Part shown: one piece after another, positions 15,695 through 24,266 of the stretch | Layout: the number at the start of each line of letters is the position of its first letter | How positions within the stretch are numbered: position 1 is the stretch's first letter | IMG/VR virus record: IMGVR_UViG_3300033076_000938 | Location: 1 to 24,266 of that record | DNA length: 24,266 bases | Strand: one strand, 5' to 3' | Source: a virus | Lineage: Duplodnaviria; Caudoviricetes | Program-made: the position numbers and the translations under genes | The notes under the pieces: generated by a model | Databases searched by the model: none | What the model was told of the DNA's origin: nothing | The model's input: only the letters and a program-made list of their open reading frames with translations

Positions 15695-17150
15695 CACCTT
15701 CATTCTTCTTTTTGAAAGCGACGCAAGCAAGCTAGACAAAGGCTTGACCGAGAGTGGCAAGAAGGCCGACGCGCTGACCCAGCAAGTAACCAAGACCGAC
15801 CAAGTAGCGTCAAAGCTGGGCGAGACTTTCCGGGGTACTTTGGCCACAATCGGCGGGGCAATAGCCGCCACCGCTTCAATAGCTGCGCTGGGCGCGGCAT
15901 TCCGAGAGGCGGCCCATTATGCCGACCAGCTAGACGAGACCGCAGAGCGCACTGGGGTCGCTGTGGAAACCTTGAGCGCGTGGGGCGACCTCGTGCGCAA
16001 GAGCGGTGGCAGTGTTGAAAGCTTCGTGGGGTCTGTTGAAGGCCTAAACTTAATGCTCGCGCAAATGGAAGTCACGGGCAAAAGCCGGGCTGCGCCTTTC
16101 TTGAAAGAACTGGGCATCGACTTGGACGATGTGGCCAACAAGGGCAAAAGTGCGGTGGAGTTCTTTCCGCAGCTGGCCGATGCTTTCGCCGCGCTCGACC
16201 AAAGCAAAGCCATGGCCTTGGGCCGCCGCCTGGGGCTGGATGCGCCCACAATTATGACCTTGCGCCAAGGGCGGCGCGAGGTGGAAGAACTGCTGGCCAA
16301 AGAGAAAGAGCTAGGCGTGGTCACAGCGGAGCAAGCCGCAATTGCCGCGCGATACAACGACACTTTGGACGACACCGCGCACGCGTGGCGTAGCGTTAAA
16401 ATGCAGTTGATGACCGCCCTTGCACCCGCCATCACTTGGGTTTTTGAAAAGATGCAAGCCATTGGCCAGTATATTGCAGCCAATGGCGACTACATAACAG
16501 GATGGTTGATAGCGCTGGGCGCGGCCATTGCCGTAAAGGTGGTACCGGCTCTTTGGTCTATGGCAGCCGCAGGGACGGCAGCAATGGCGCCCTTTTTGCC
16601 CATTATCGCAATAATATCGGGGGTTTTGGCCTTGGCGGCAGCGTTTGCGCTTCTGTATGAGGACGTCATGGTTTTTGTCGAAGGGGGGGAGAGCGTCACT
16701 GGATTGATGCTGAAGAAATGGCCCCTGATCGGGGAAGTTGTACGCGGCATTGGGGCGGCGCTCAAAAAATTGTGGGCCACAGCTAAAGAGGTTGGGCAGT
16801 TTTTTGTTGACATGTGGAACCGCCCGGGCGAAATGTTCAGCAAATTTATCGACAAGCTCAAAGCGGGTATCGCGGCCATCCCGTTTTTAAAGGGGGCGCA
16901 GTTCAATGCAGACATCGCCACAGGCAAGGCCATGGTTGATGAAGCCGCACGTTCCCCGATGTCTTCCGTGACCTCGCAGGCTATCAGCAATAGCAAGACC
17001 AGCACGCGCAGCACCAACGTGCAGGTGGGCAAGGTTGAAGTGAAGACCCAGGCCACCGATGCCGAAGGCATAAGCAAAGCCATTGGAGGCAGCTTACAAG
17101 CTCAAATGGCCCAGGCCATCAACAATTTTGACGATGGGGTGATGGCATGA
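15681..17150 (+). CDS. Tape measure protein (489 aa)
   Basis: GTG 15681 after AGAGGG; Ala-rich helical sequence with hydrophobic central segments. Confidence 0.88.
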   Translation: MAILDTFILLFESDASKLDKGLTESGKKADALTQQVTKTDQVASKLGETFRGTLATIGGAIAATASIAALGAAFREAAHYADQLDETAERTGVAVETLSAWGDLVRKSGGSVESFVGSVEGLNLMLAQMEVTGKSRAAPFLKELGIDLDDVANKGKSAVEFFPQLADAFAALDQSKAMALGRRLGLDAPTIMTLRQGRREVEELLAKEKELGVVTAEQAAIAARYNDTLDDTAHAWRSVKMQLMTALAPAITWVFEKMQAIGQYIAANGDYITGWLIALGAAIAVKVVPALWSMAAAGTAAMAPFLPIIAIISGVLALAAAFALLYEDVMVFVEGGESVTGLMLKKWPLIGEVVRGIGAALKKLWATAKEVGQFFVDMWNRPGEMFSKFIDKLKAGIAAIPFLKGAQFNADIATGKAMVDEAARSPMSSVTSQAISNSKTSTRSTNVQVGKVEVKTQATDAEGISKAIGGSLQAQMAQAINNFDDGVMA

Positions 17151-17683
17151 TACCCACGGGGGCGCAAGATGTTGTGGCTGTGCTTTCCTCGTCATTCCGG
17201 CCCCTGTTCACGAACGCCCGCGCCGTCAAGGCCACGGTGCTGCGCGGCTCTAAGGCCATGGAACACCCTCTTGAAACGGGGGCCGTGGTCACTGATCATC
17301 GCATTGTGCTGCCCGTTCAAATAGAGTTGAGCTTGCTGCTGACCACGCAGGATTACCGCGCGGTGTACCAAGAGGTGCGCGACCTCTTTGAGCGCGGCGA
17401 GTTGCTCACGGTGCAAACGCGGGTTGATAGCTTTGCCTCGATGTTGATCGAGAAAATGCCGCATGATGAAACGCCCGAGCTTTTGGACGGCGTGGCCCTG
17501 GGGCTATCGCTCAAAGAAGCGCAGTTTGTCACCCCCGAATTTAGCAGCACGACGAACACGACAAAGACGGTAAAGAAGCCCAAGGATGCAAGCACAGTTA
17601 AGCGCGGTCAACAGCAGCCCAAAGAGACCCCCGCTGCTGCGCCGCGCCGACGTTCTAAGCTATTTGAGAGGTTTGTTTCGTGA
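17147..17683 (+). CDS. Baseplate/tail tube initiator (Dit-like)
   Basis: HPLETGAVVTDH motif; follows TMP. Confidence 0.75.
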   Translation: MIPTGAQDVVAVLSSSFRPLFTNARAVKATVLRGSKAMEHPLETGAVVTDHRIVLPVQIELSLLLTTQDYRAVYQEVRDLFERGELLTVQTRVDSFASMLIEKMPHDETPELLDGVALGLSLKEAQFVTPEFSSTTNTTKTVKKPKDASTVKRGQQQPKETPAAAPRRRSKLFERFVS

Positions 17684-17988
17684 TAGACATCGAGCTGGCA
17701 GCAGTGCCCACCCAATCATTAACCGTGCAGCTGGATGGCCGCGTTTATGACATTACGTTGCGCGATTGTGGCGCCTGCATTAGCGCCAGCATTGCCCGGG
17801 ACGGTGTGGCCATCGCATCAAACTTGCGAGTGACCTCGGGCACACCGTTGCTGCCATACCGCTATCAAGAGGCCGGAAATTTTCTGCTGGTGGTGGAAAA
17901 CGAGGCGCTTCCCAACTACTTGCAGTTTGGCATCACCCAATTTTTGGTTTACCTGAGCGCTGCCGAATTGGAGGCGTTGCGTGGATAG
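17680..17988 (+). CDS. Baseplate protein
   Basis: 102 aa; PTQSLTVQL...GNF...LVYL pattern; synteny. Confidence 0.65.
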   Translation: MIDIELAAVPTQSLTVQLDGRVYDITLRDCGACISASIARDGVAIASNLRVTSGTPLLPYRYQEAGNFLLVVENEALPNYLQFGITQFLVYLSAAELEALRG

Positions 17989-18802
17989 CCTCGACCCTCG
18001 GTTGCTGCGCATCGGCATCGAAGTCAACGGGCAGCTTAAAACTTACGAGGGTTTGGAGATGTCCGCCAGCATTACCAAATTTGCCAATGCTAACCAGAAT
18101 GAAGCCGAAGTCAAGATCGCCAATTTGGACGAAGCCACGCGTAATTTTTTGTTGACCGAGACCAGCCCTTTTAACAAGAACAAACGCCGCAAGTTGCTGA
18201 CCGTTGAAGCTGGGCGGCGCAGCACAGGATACAACCTTGTGTTTATCGGCGACATCACCAACGCAGTAGGCGGCCAGCCGCCCGACATCACGCTAACGCT
18301 CAAAGCGGCCACGGGTGATTACGCCAAAGGGCAAATCGTCGCGCGCTCCCAGCCTGGCGTGGCTCCCTTGCGCAACATTGCCGCCCAGGTGGCCCAGGAC
18401 TTGGGGTTGGCATTGGCATTTGAAGCCAAGCCAAAGCAGGTTGCCAATTACACCTTCACGGGCAGCGTTGTAAAGCAAGTGGAGCAACTCGGCAAGCTGG
18501 GCATGGTCAATGCTTACATTGACGACAAAACCTTGGTTGTTAAAGACCTGAACGCCCCTATGCGCAACCGCACCCGTGAGCTGAGCTTGGAGACGGGCAT
18601 GATTGGCATCCCTGAATTTACAGAGCAAGGCCTCAAAGTTAAAATGTTGTTTGACGGCCAAACGCAACTGGGCGGGGCGCTCAACATTAAAAGCAAGCTC
18701 AACCCTGCGGCCAATGGGCTTTACGTCATTTATAAATTGTTGATAGAATTGGCAAACAGAGACACGCCCTTTTATTACGTTGCCGAGTGCAAGAGGTCTT
18801 AA
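17981..18802 (+). CDS. Baseplate hub protein
   Basis: 273 aa; IANL, VEAG, FIGDI, ETGMIGIP motifs; precedes spike. Confidence 0.75.
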   Translation: MDSLDPRLLRIGIEVNGQLKTYEGLEMSASITKFANANQNEAEVKIANLDEATRNFLLTETSPFNKNKRRKLLTVEAGRRSTGYNLVFIGDITNAVGGQPPDITLTLKAATGDYAKGQIVARSQPGVAPLRNIAAQVAQDLGLALAFEAKPKQVANYTFTGSVVKQVEQLGKLGMVNAYIDDKTLVVKDLNAPMRNRTRELSLETGMIGIPEFTEQGLKVKMLFDGQTQLGGALNIKSKLNPAANGLYVIYKLLIELANRDTPFYYVAECKRS

Positions 18803-18804
18803 CC

Positions 18805-19518
18805 GTGGCTGATCAACACGCCAACCCTTCCCGCGACCCCGCCGATGACGACAGTATGCTGGGGCTCATGCGCCAGGTACTTGACAAGTTCTTGCAGGGT
18901 GTGGACGACTGTTTGCCCGCGCGCGTTATCAGTTACGACCGTGCGGCCAACCGCGCCACGGTGCAGCCCCTGGTTAAGCTCTTGACTACCGACAACCGCC
19001 AGCTCTCGCGTGCCCAAATTGCCTCAGTGCCCGTGTTGCGCCTGGGCGGAGGCGGCATGGTGCTGGCGTTCAATTTGAAGCCAGGCGACCTGGGGTGGAT
19101 TAAAGCTAACGATCGCGACATTTCCCTGGTGTTGCAAGCACTCGCTGAAAACGCCCCCAATACCATGCGCAAGCACTCATTTGCGGACGCGCTCTTTATC
19201 CCCGACGCAATGCGAGGCGTGGCTATCGCGGGCGAAGACGCCGAGCACGCGGTGCTGCAAACGATTGACGGCAGCGTGCGGGTGGCGGTGTGGGCCGACC
19301 GCGTTAAAATTAGCTCGGGCAGCATCTCGGCGACCGTAGGCCCTTCTGCGATAACTTTGGCCAATGGCGTGGCGGGCATGACCATGACTAGCGCGGGTAC
19401 AACCTTTGCAGGCCCCGTTACTATACCGGGCGGCGCAACAATCAATGGCATCCAATTTGGCACCCACACTCACAGTGGCGTGCAGCCTGGCGGCGGCAAT
19501 ACCGGAGGGCCTGCGTGA
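18805..19518 (+). CDS. Baseplate central spike (Gp138-like)
   Basis: LPARVISYD, VPV...GG, GDLG, RKHSFADA; C-terminal HTH metal-binding motif; GTG 18805 after GAGG. Confidence 0.88.
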   Translation: MADQHANPSRDPADDDSMLGLMRQVLDKFLQGVDDCLPARVISYDRAANRATVQPLVKLLTTDNRQLSRAQIASVPVLRLGGGGMVLAFNLKPGDLGWIKANDRDISLVLQALAENAPNTMRKHSFADALFIPDAMRGVAIAGEDAEHAVLQTIDGSVRVAVWADRVKISSGSISATVGPSAITLANGVAGMTMTSAGTTFAGPVTIPGGATINGIQFGTHTHSGVQPGGGNTGGPA

Positions 19519-19865
19519 TGGTTACGACCGTGGCAGTTGATGGCAGCAACGACTTGTATTTGGGCGCGAACGGCAACTTGGCCACGGCCACGGGTTTGCC
19601 AGCCGTGCTCCAATCCGCGCAGCAGGCGGCGCAAACAATACTCGGCGAAATGATATACAGCACCCAAGATGGTATGCCAAATTTTGAGGCAGTATGGGCA
19701 GGTAATCCCAACCCCGCAGTTTTTGAAGCATATTTGCGCAAGACGCTGCTGGCGGTTGAGGGCGTGGTGAGCGTGCAAAATATTGCAACCGTTTTGCAAA
19801 ACAATAAGTTACAATACCAAGTAACGATAATCACCGAATTCGGGGCGGGAGTGTTGGGTGGCTGA
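19515..19865 (+). CDS. Baseplate wedge / sheath initiator (gp25/W-like)
   Basis: 116 aa; GEM...GMP...VEGV..V...TEFG; between spike and J. Confidence 0.75.
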   Translation: MMVTTVAVDGSNDLYLGANGNLATATGLPAVLQSAQQAAQTILGEMIYSTQDGMPNFEAVWAGNPNPAVFEAYLRKTLLAVEGVVSVQNIATVLQNNKLQYQVTIITEFGAGVLGG

Positions 19866-21051
19866 ATACCAGTACATTGACCAGACCGGGCTAATTGTCC
19901 CAGACACTGCCGCTGTGCAGGCGGTCGTGGAAGACGAGTACCGTGCAGTTTTTGGCCAAGACCTCGTAACCACTCCCAACACTCCCCAGGGCGTGCTTAT
20001 TGCTGCGGAAGTGACCGCCCGTGCCGAAGTCTTGCGCAATAATGCCCTGCTCGCCAATCAAATCAACCCCAACCTTGCGGGTGGGGTTTTCCTTGACGCC
20101 ATTTGGGCGCTCACCGGAGGCCAACGCATCGCGGCCAGCCGCAGCGTGATTGAGGGCGTGGAGTTGCTGGGCTTGGCAGGAACGGTGATACCTGCGGGGT
20201 CCCAAGCCTCGCTTGAGGATGGCACGCTATTTGAGACCACCGCCGAGGTTACGCTAGACCTGGCAGGCGAAGCGGTGGTGAACTTCCAAGCTGTGGATGC
20301 AGGGCCGATAGCGGCCAACCCAGGCGCATTAAATCAAATTGTCACAGCTGTGCTGGGCTGGGATAGCGTCACAAACCCAAACGCTGCCACGCTAGGCCGC
20401 GACCAAGAGACCGACCTTGCCAGCCGCGTGCGGCGCAAAAACACGCTAAGCTTGCAGAACGTGGCCCTCAGTGCGGCGATAACCTCGGCGCTTTACGACA
20501 CGCCGAACGTGCGCAGCTTGGTGTTCCGCGAGAATGTGACCGCCAGCACCGCAACGGTGGACGGCATCAGCTTGTTGCCGCATTCCATTTGGGTTTGCGT
20601 CGATGGCGGCACTGACCAGGCCGTGGCGTTGACGTTGCTCACTCACAAGAGCCTGGGCGCAAATTGGAATGGGGCAACCACGGTCAACGTTACAGACCCC
20701 GCCAGTGGCCAGGTTTACCCTGTTAAATTTGAGCGGCCCACGGCGGTGCCCGTCAAAGCGCGGTTTACTGTGCGCAATGCAGGGGCATTGACCGACCCCG
20801 TTACTTTGGTACGCCAGGCCGTGCTGGATTACGCCGCAGGCTTACAAGAAGGGGAGGCGGGTTTTGTTGTGGGGGCCAGCGTGTCTGCTTTTGAACTTGC
20901 CGCCGCTATCAACCGCCAAGCGCCCGGGGTGTACGTGCAGAACGCGGAGGTATCCTTGTTGTCGCCCACGACCTGGGGCAGCCAAGTGGTGCTGGCGCTT
21001 AACCAAATTGCCACAATTCTGGCCGCACAAATAGAGGTGACGGTGGTATGA
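19858..21051 (+). CDS. Baseplate J-like wedge protein
   Basis: AGGVFLD, GPIAA, GWDSVTN, GRDQETD..R.R motifs. Confidence 0.9.
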   Translation: MAEYQYIDQTGLIVPDTAAVQAVVEDEYRAVFGQDLVTTPNTPQGVLIAAEVTARAEVLRNNALLANQINPNLAGGVFLDAIWALTGGQRIAASRSVIEGVELLGLAGTVIPAGSQASLEDGTLFETTAEVTLDLAGEAVVNFQAVDAGPIAANPGALNQIVTAVLGWDSVTNPNAATLGRDQETDLASRVRRKNTLSLQNVALSAAITSALYDTPNVRSLVFRENVTASTATVDGISLLPHSIWVCVDGGTDQAVALTLLTHKSLGANWNGATTVNVTDPASGQVYPVKFERPTAVPVKARFTVRNAGALTDPVTLVRQAVLDYAAGLQEGEAGFVVGASVSAFELAAAINRQAPGVYVQNAEVSLLSPTTWGSQVVLALNQIATILAAQIEVTVV

Positions 21052-21704
21052 GCGCGGGCGTGCAAGCTTTTGATTTTAGTGTGGACTTGTTGCAAGTATT
21101 GCTTTGGCAGTACAACGATGCCGCACGCTTGCAGGGCTTGCTTGAACGCAAACAAGAGTGGTACAACGTAGAACACGAGGGGTTTTGGGGCGACTGGGTG
21201 CGCGATGTGTTCGACCTGCGCACGGCAAACAGTTTCGGGCTGGCGGTGTGGTCTGTTATTCTTGACATACCAACATCCATCGTGGCCACGGATGACCCAG
21301 ACAAGCCGATTTGGGGCTTTGGCCAATATCGAGAAAACTTCAACAACGGCAATTTTGCCACAATATCGGCCACCAATTTGACGCTTGAACAAAAGCGGCT
21401 GCTGCTGCGCTTGCGGTACTTTCAGCTAGTGACGCGCGGCACCGTGCCCGAGGTCAACCAGTTTTTGGCATATTTGTTCGAGCCCCTGGGCACGGTGTGG
21501 GTGTCGGACGGCTTAGCGATGAACGCGCGCTACGTGTTCGAGTTCCCGCTGCCTTCTGACTTTGAGCTAGTGCTCACCGAATACGACCTGCTGCCGCGCC
21601 CTGCGGGGGTCAAAGTGGATTTTATAACAATTGAAGAAGGCGAGAGCTTTGGCTTTGGCCGATACCATCAGCCTTTTAACCAAGGGAATTTTTACCATGG
21701 ATAA
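21048..21704 (+). CDS. Baseplate protein (DUF2612-like)
   Basis: LLWQY, VFDLRTANSFGL.VW, LLPRPAGV motifs. Confidence 0.85.
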   Translation: MSAGVQAFDFSVDLLQVLLWQYNDAARLQGLLERKQEWYNVEHEGFWGDWVRDVFDLRTANSFGLAVWSVILDIPTSIVATDDPDKPIWGFGQYRENFNNGNFATISATNLTLEQKRLLLRLRYFQLVTRGTVPEVNQFLAYLFEPLGTVWVSDGLAMNARYVFEFPLPSDFELVLTEYDLLPRPAGVKVDFITIEEGESFGFGRYHQPFNQGNFYHG

Positions 21705-24266
21705 GTTTTTTCGCACACCCTTTGCCCAAAGCGGCGACACCGCGACCATCCCCGATGCCGTAGACCCAAGCGGGAATGTGTCCTACACCCAGGGCTACGG
21801 CTTTGATTATCAGCGCCAGAAAACAGACCCAGCCGCAAAGAACATCGAGCGCGACAAAATGAATGGGTTGTTTTTCTCGATAACCAACGCTGTTCGAGAA
21901 CTCCAAAGCCAGGGCATCCCCGATTTTATCACCAGCGCGTTGAATGGCGGCACGGCCTACAGCTACAGCCAAAACGCAGTGGTGCGTTACAACAACCAAT
22001 TGTATGTGTCCCTGGCCGACAGCAATACGGCGCTGCCCACTGATGCGACAAAATGGGCGCTTTTTGGAGCTACCCAGTTCATCAGCAACGTGGCCACGCT
22101 GCGGAGCATTGCCCCTGCCAACACTCGCATGGTGCAAACCCTGGCCTATGCCACGGCGGGCGACGGCGGGGGCGGTTTGTTCTATGCCAAAACCGGAGCG
22201 GCCCCAGGCACTTACGTTGACGACGGTGGCAGTGTGATTGTGCCCACGGGTGGTGACGGCTCGGCGGCTTGGATTTTGACTGCTTCGGGAGGGGTGTACA
22301 GTCCGCGCCAATTTGGCATTACCACTGACATGACCGACGCGGCGGGCGACAACCACACCAAACTCGTAAGCCTGGCCAAGGCCGCTATTCGTGGGCGTGC
22401 CGATATTTTTATTGATGTCCGCGTGTTGGTGTCCGACCGTGTGAACTGGGACACTCGGACGAGCGCATTCAACAATTTAGACCCTCTCATACCTAATGGC
22501 CTTGGCAAAAATCTAAATGTGCGAATGGGCAGCGGAGCGGGCATTTATGGCAAAGCCAGTGCGTTCAGCGGTGCGCCAAGCTCGATCAAAGACGTAGTCA
22601 CATATTGTGGGCAACAAAGCAATGCTTTCCATGGCCGTGTGCAGCTTTGGCAAGACGGCGCGGTGTCTTACACCACCCTGCGCAATGCCTGTTGTTTTCA
22701 TGCAAAAAACACCGATAGGCTCGACCTACAGGGGGTTTTTGGCGGCCTGGTTAGCAGTTCGGCGGTAGACCTTAGCGCGGGCATTAGCGTGTGGCTCGAG
22801 GACTGCATGAGCCCGCGCGTGCCGCTGGCAGACATTCTTTATTACAGCCGTTACGGCATTGCCATTGACGGCGGCAGCAGCTTTGACCCTCTGCCTACCA
22901 CCGAGGTAATCCGCGTGAGCACCTCGGGGCGCATCGGGGACGTGTATTTTGGGGGTGGTGGGTACCCCTTGGCCACCAGCCGCAACGAGTGCACCTCGAT
23001 TACCCCCGGCTACGGCTACACCATGAGCGGCTGTATTTTTGAAGAAGCGAACAAGGGCAGGTCGTGGGTACCTATAAACGATGGAGTGACCGAGGTAAAT
23101 TGCTGGCATGAAGGCATATACAGCACCGCGCTGCTAAACGGAAGTTTTGGACACACCTTGATCGGCGCGGATGAGATCCGCTTCAGCCCAACCAATGGGT
23201 GGATTGAGGGGGTGAGCACGTACAGCATCCCGGGTGCTTTGGCCGTGGGCACGCCCAGCACCGCCACGGTTAATAGCTGCTTGTTCTTGATGCCGGGATT
23301 CTACCAGCCGCGTTTCCAAATTCCCGCACAGCAGACCGTGCGAGGGAATTTAAGCGTGATTGGGAATTTACTGGGCACTTATTTTGCGGCTACTGAAAGC
23401 GCTGGCGACATCAACGCGATTTTTGGCGCCCCTGGGGGCCCCGTCATTAACGATCAAACCACGGTTCAAGCTCACAGCCCCGTGGGCGGAGCGGTGAGAT
23501 ACCGGGGAAGCGTGAGTGGCGACCCCACAAACAGCAGCAATTTTGTTTTTGACTTGCTGCATAATCCGCTGGATGCTAACAACGGATTTGTTCAAGAGAT
23601 AAACGTAAACAAGGGCATGCTTATCCGTTTTTTAGGAGCGGACGGTTACTTTTTTGCAAACAGCGGATTTGGTAAGTATTTTTGCCCAACAAATGACAAC
23701 CTCGCCGATTTGGGCCGGCCTTCCAATCGCTTTAAAGTGGTGTACGCGGGCACTGGCACAATAAACACTTCGGACGAGAACGCCAAAACCGACGTTGACC
23801 CCATCGACCCCCGCGCAATCAAGGCTTGGGCTAAAGTTGAATTCAAGCAATTCCGCTTTAAAGACGCGGTGGCCGCTAAAGGCAGAAACGCTCGGCTGCA
23901 CGTCGGCGTGATTGCACAGCGCGTCAAAGAAGCGTTCGAGAGCGAGGGTTTAGACCCCTTTGCATACGGCATTCTGTGCTACGACGAGTGGGACGAGCAG
24001 ACCGAAGAGATCACCCGCGAAGAAGAATACTTGGCGGACGTGGTCACACGGGTACCCTTCGACGTGCTCGCTGCGGATTTTGACGAAGCGGACGAAACTG
24101 TGGAAGACGCAAAGACTTACGTTCTGAAAGTGCGGGGGGCTGACGGCGAGTTGGTGGAAGAGGAAAGAGTGCGCGGAACTCGTGAAGAAACCCGGCAAGT
24201 TAAAAAAACCCGCGTGGTGTCCACCGGGGAATATCGAGTAATTCGGCCTGCCGGGCAGATTTACGG
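21697..24266 (+). CDS. Tail spike/fibre with C-terminal peptidase S74 intramolecular chaperone; truncated by window edge (>856 aa)
   Basis: Absent from the ORF track because there is no stop. Manual translation is open from ATG 21697 to the end: MDKFFRTPFAQSGD anchor, AGDGGGGLF, TINT-SDENAK (Ser at 23770), HVGVIAQRVKEAF, YGILCYDEW. Confidence 0.9.
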   Translation, partial: MDKFFRTPFAQSGDTATIPDAVDPSGNVSYTQGYGFDYQRQKTDPAAKNIERDKMNGLFFSITNAVRELQSQGIPDFITSALNGGTAYSYSQNAVVRYNNQLYVSLADSNTALPTDATKWALFGATQFISNVATLRSIAPANTRMVQTLAYATAGDGGGGLFYAKTGAAPGTYVDDGGSVIVPTGGDGSAAWILTASGGVYSPRQFGITTDMTDAAGDNHTKLVSLAKAAIRGRADIFIDVRVLVSDRVNWDTRTSAFNNLDPLIPNGLGKNLNVRMGSGAGIYGKASAFSGAPSSIKDVVTYCGQQSNAFHGRVQLWQDGAVSYTTLRNACCFHAKNTDRLDLQGVFGGLVSSSAVDLSAGISVWLEDCMSPRVPLADILYYSRYGIAIDGGSSFDPLPTTEVIRVSTSGRIGDVYFGGGGYPLATSRNECTSITPGYGYTMSGCIFEEANKGRSWVPINDGVTEVNCWHEGIYSTALLNGSFGHTLIGADEIRFSPTNGWIEGVSTYSIPGALAVGTPSTATVNSCLFLMPGFYQPRFQIPAQQTVRGNLSVIGNLLGTYFAATESAGDINAIFGAPGGPVINDQTTVQAHSPVGGAVRYRGSVSGDPTNSSNFVFDLLHNPLDANNGFVQEINVNKGMLIRFLGADGYFFANSGFGKYFCPTNDNLADLGRPSNRFKVVYAGTGTINTSDENAKTDVDPIDPRAIKAWAKVEFKQFRFKDAVAAKGRNARLHVGVIAQRVKEAFESEGLDPFAYGILCYDEWDEQTEEITREEEYLADVVTRVPFDVLAADFDEADETVEDAKTYVLKVRGADGELVEEERVRGTREETRQVKKTRVVSTGEYRVIRPAGQIY

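Larger units (their letters stand above)
1..24266. mobile_element. Myovirus-type phage/prophage segment: early genes, packaging, head, neck, contractile tail, baseplate, tail spike
   Basis: Tightly packed, often overlapping genes in canonical order terS-terL-portal-F-protease-decoration-MCP-neck-sheath-tube-chaperone-TMP-baseplate-spike; no host housekeeping genes seen. Confidence 0.97.

Noticed and set aside
21697-24266. Diversity-generating retroelement or invertible tail-fibre cassette
   Set aside because: No reverse transcriptase, invertase or duplicated template region visible in this window

Overview
The window is a segment of a tailed, contractile-tail (myovirus-type) phage or prophage, probably of a proteobacterial host (inference). 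The gene order resembles Bcep781/OP2/AP22-type phages with the DUF1073-DUF2213-DUF2184-DUF4054-DUF3383-DUF2612 set. Left end (1-830): small leftward ORFs behind a near-consensus sigma70 promoter that carries palindromic operators. 901-1265: AT-rich non-coding region with about ten TACCCA-type repeats and two perfect IHF consensus sites. A rightward promoter and structured leader precede an AT-rich accessory cassette (ParB-like domain, ABC-ATPase/Mom-like GNAT fusion, antisense ASCH gene). Then follow terminase, portal, head, neck, sheath/tube, tape measure, baseplate and a tail spike with an S74 chaperone domain that runs off the right edge. The most notable items are: (i) the ParB / ATPase-GNAT / ASCH cassette, a candidate DNA-modification system; (ii) a NUDIX hydrolase fused ahead of the DUF2213 prohead protease, with a +1 frame break inside the protease domain; (iii) a recurring [AG]MD motif confined to head proteins, a candidate maturation cleavage site; (iv) a promoter/operator element shared by the early operon and the ASCH gene. 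Family assignments come from motif recognition and synteny only; no searches were run.
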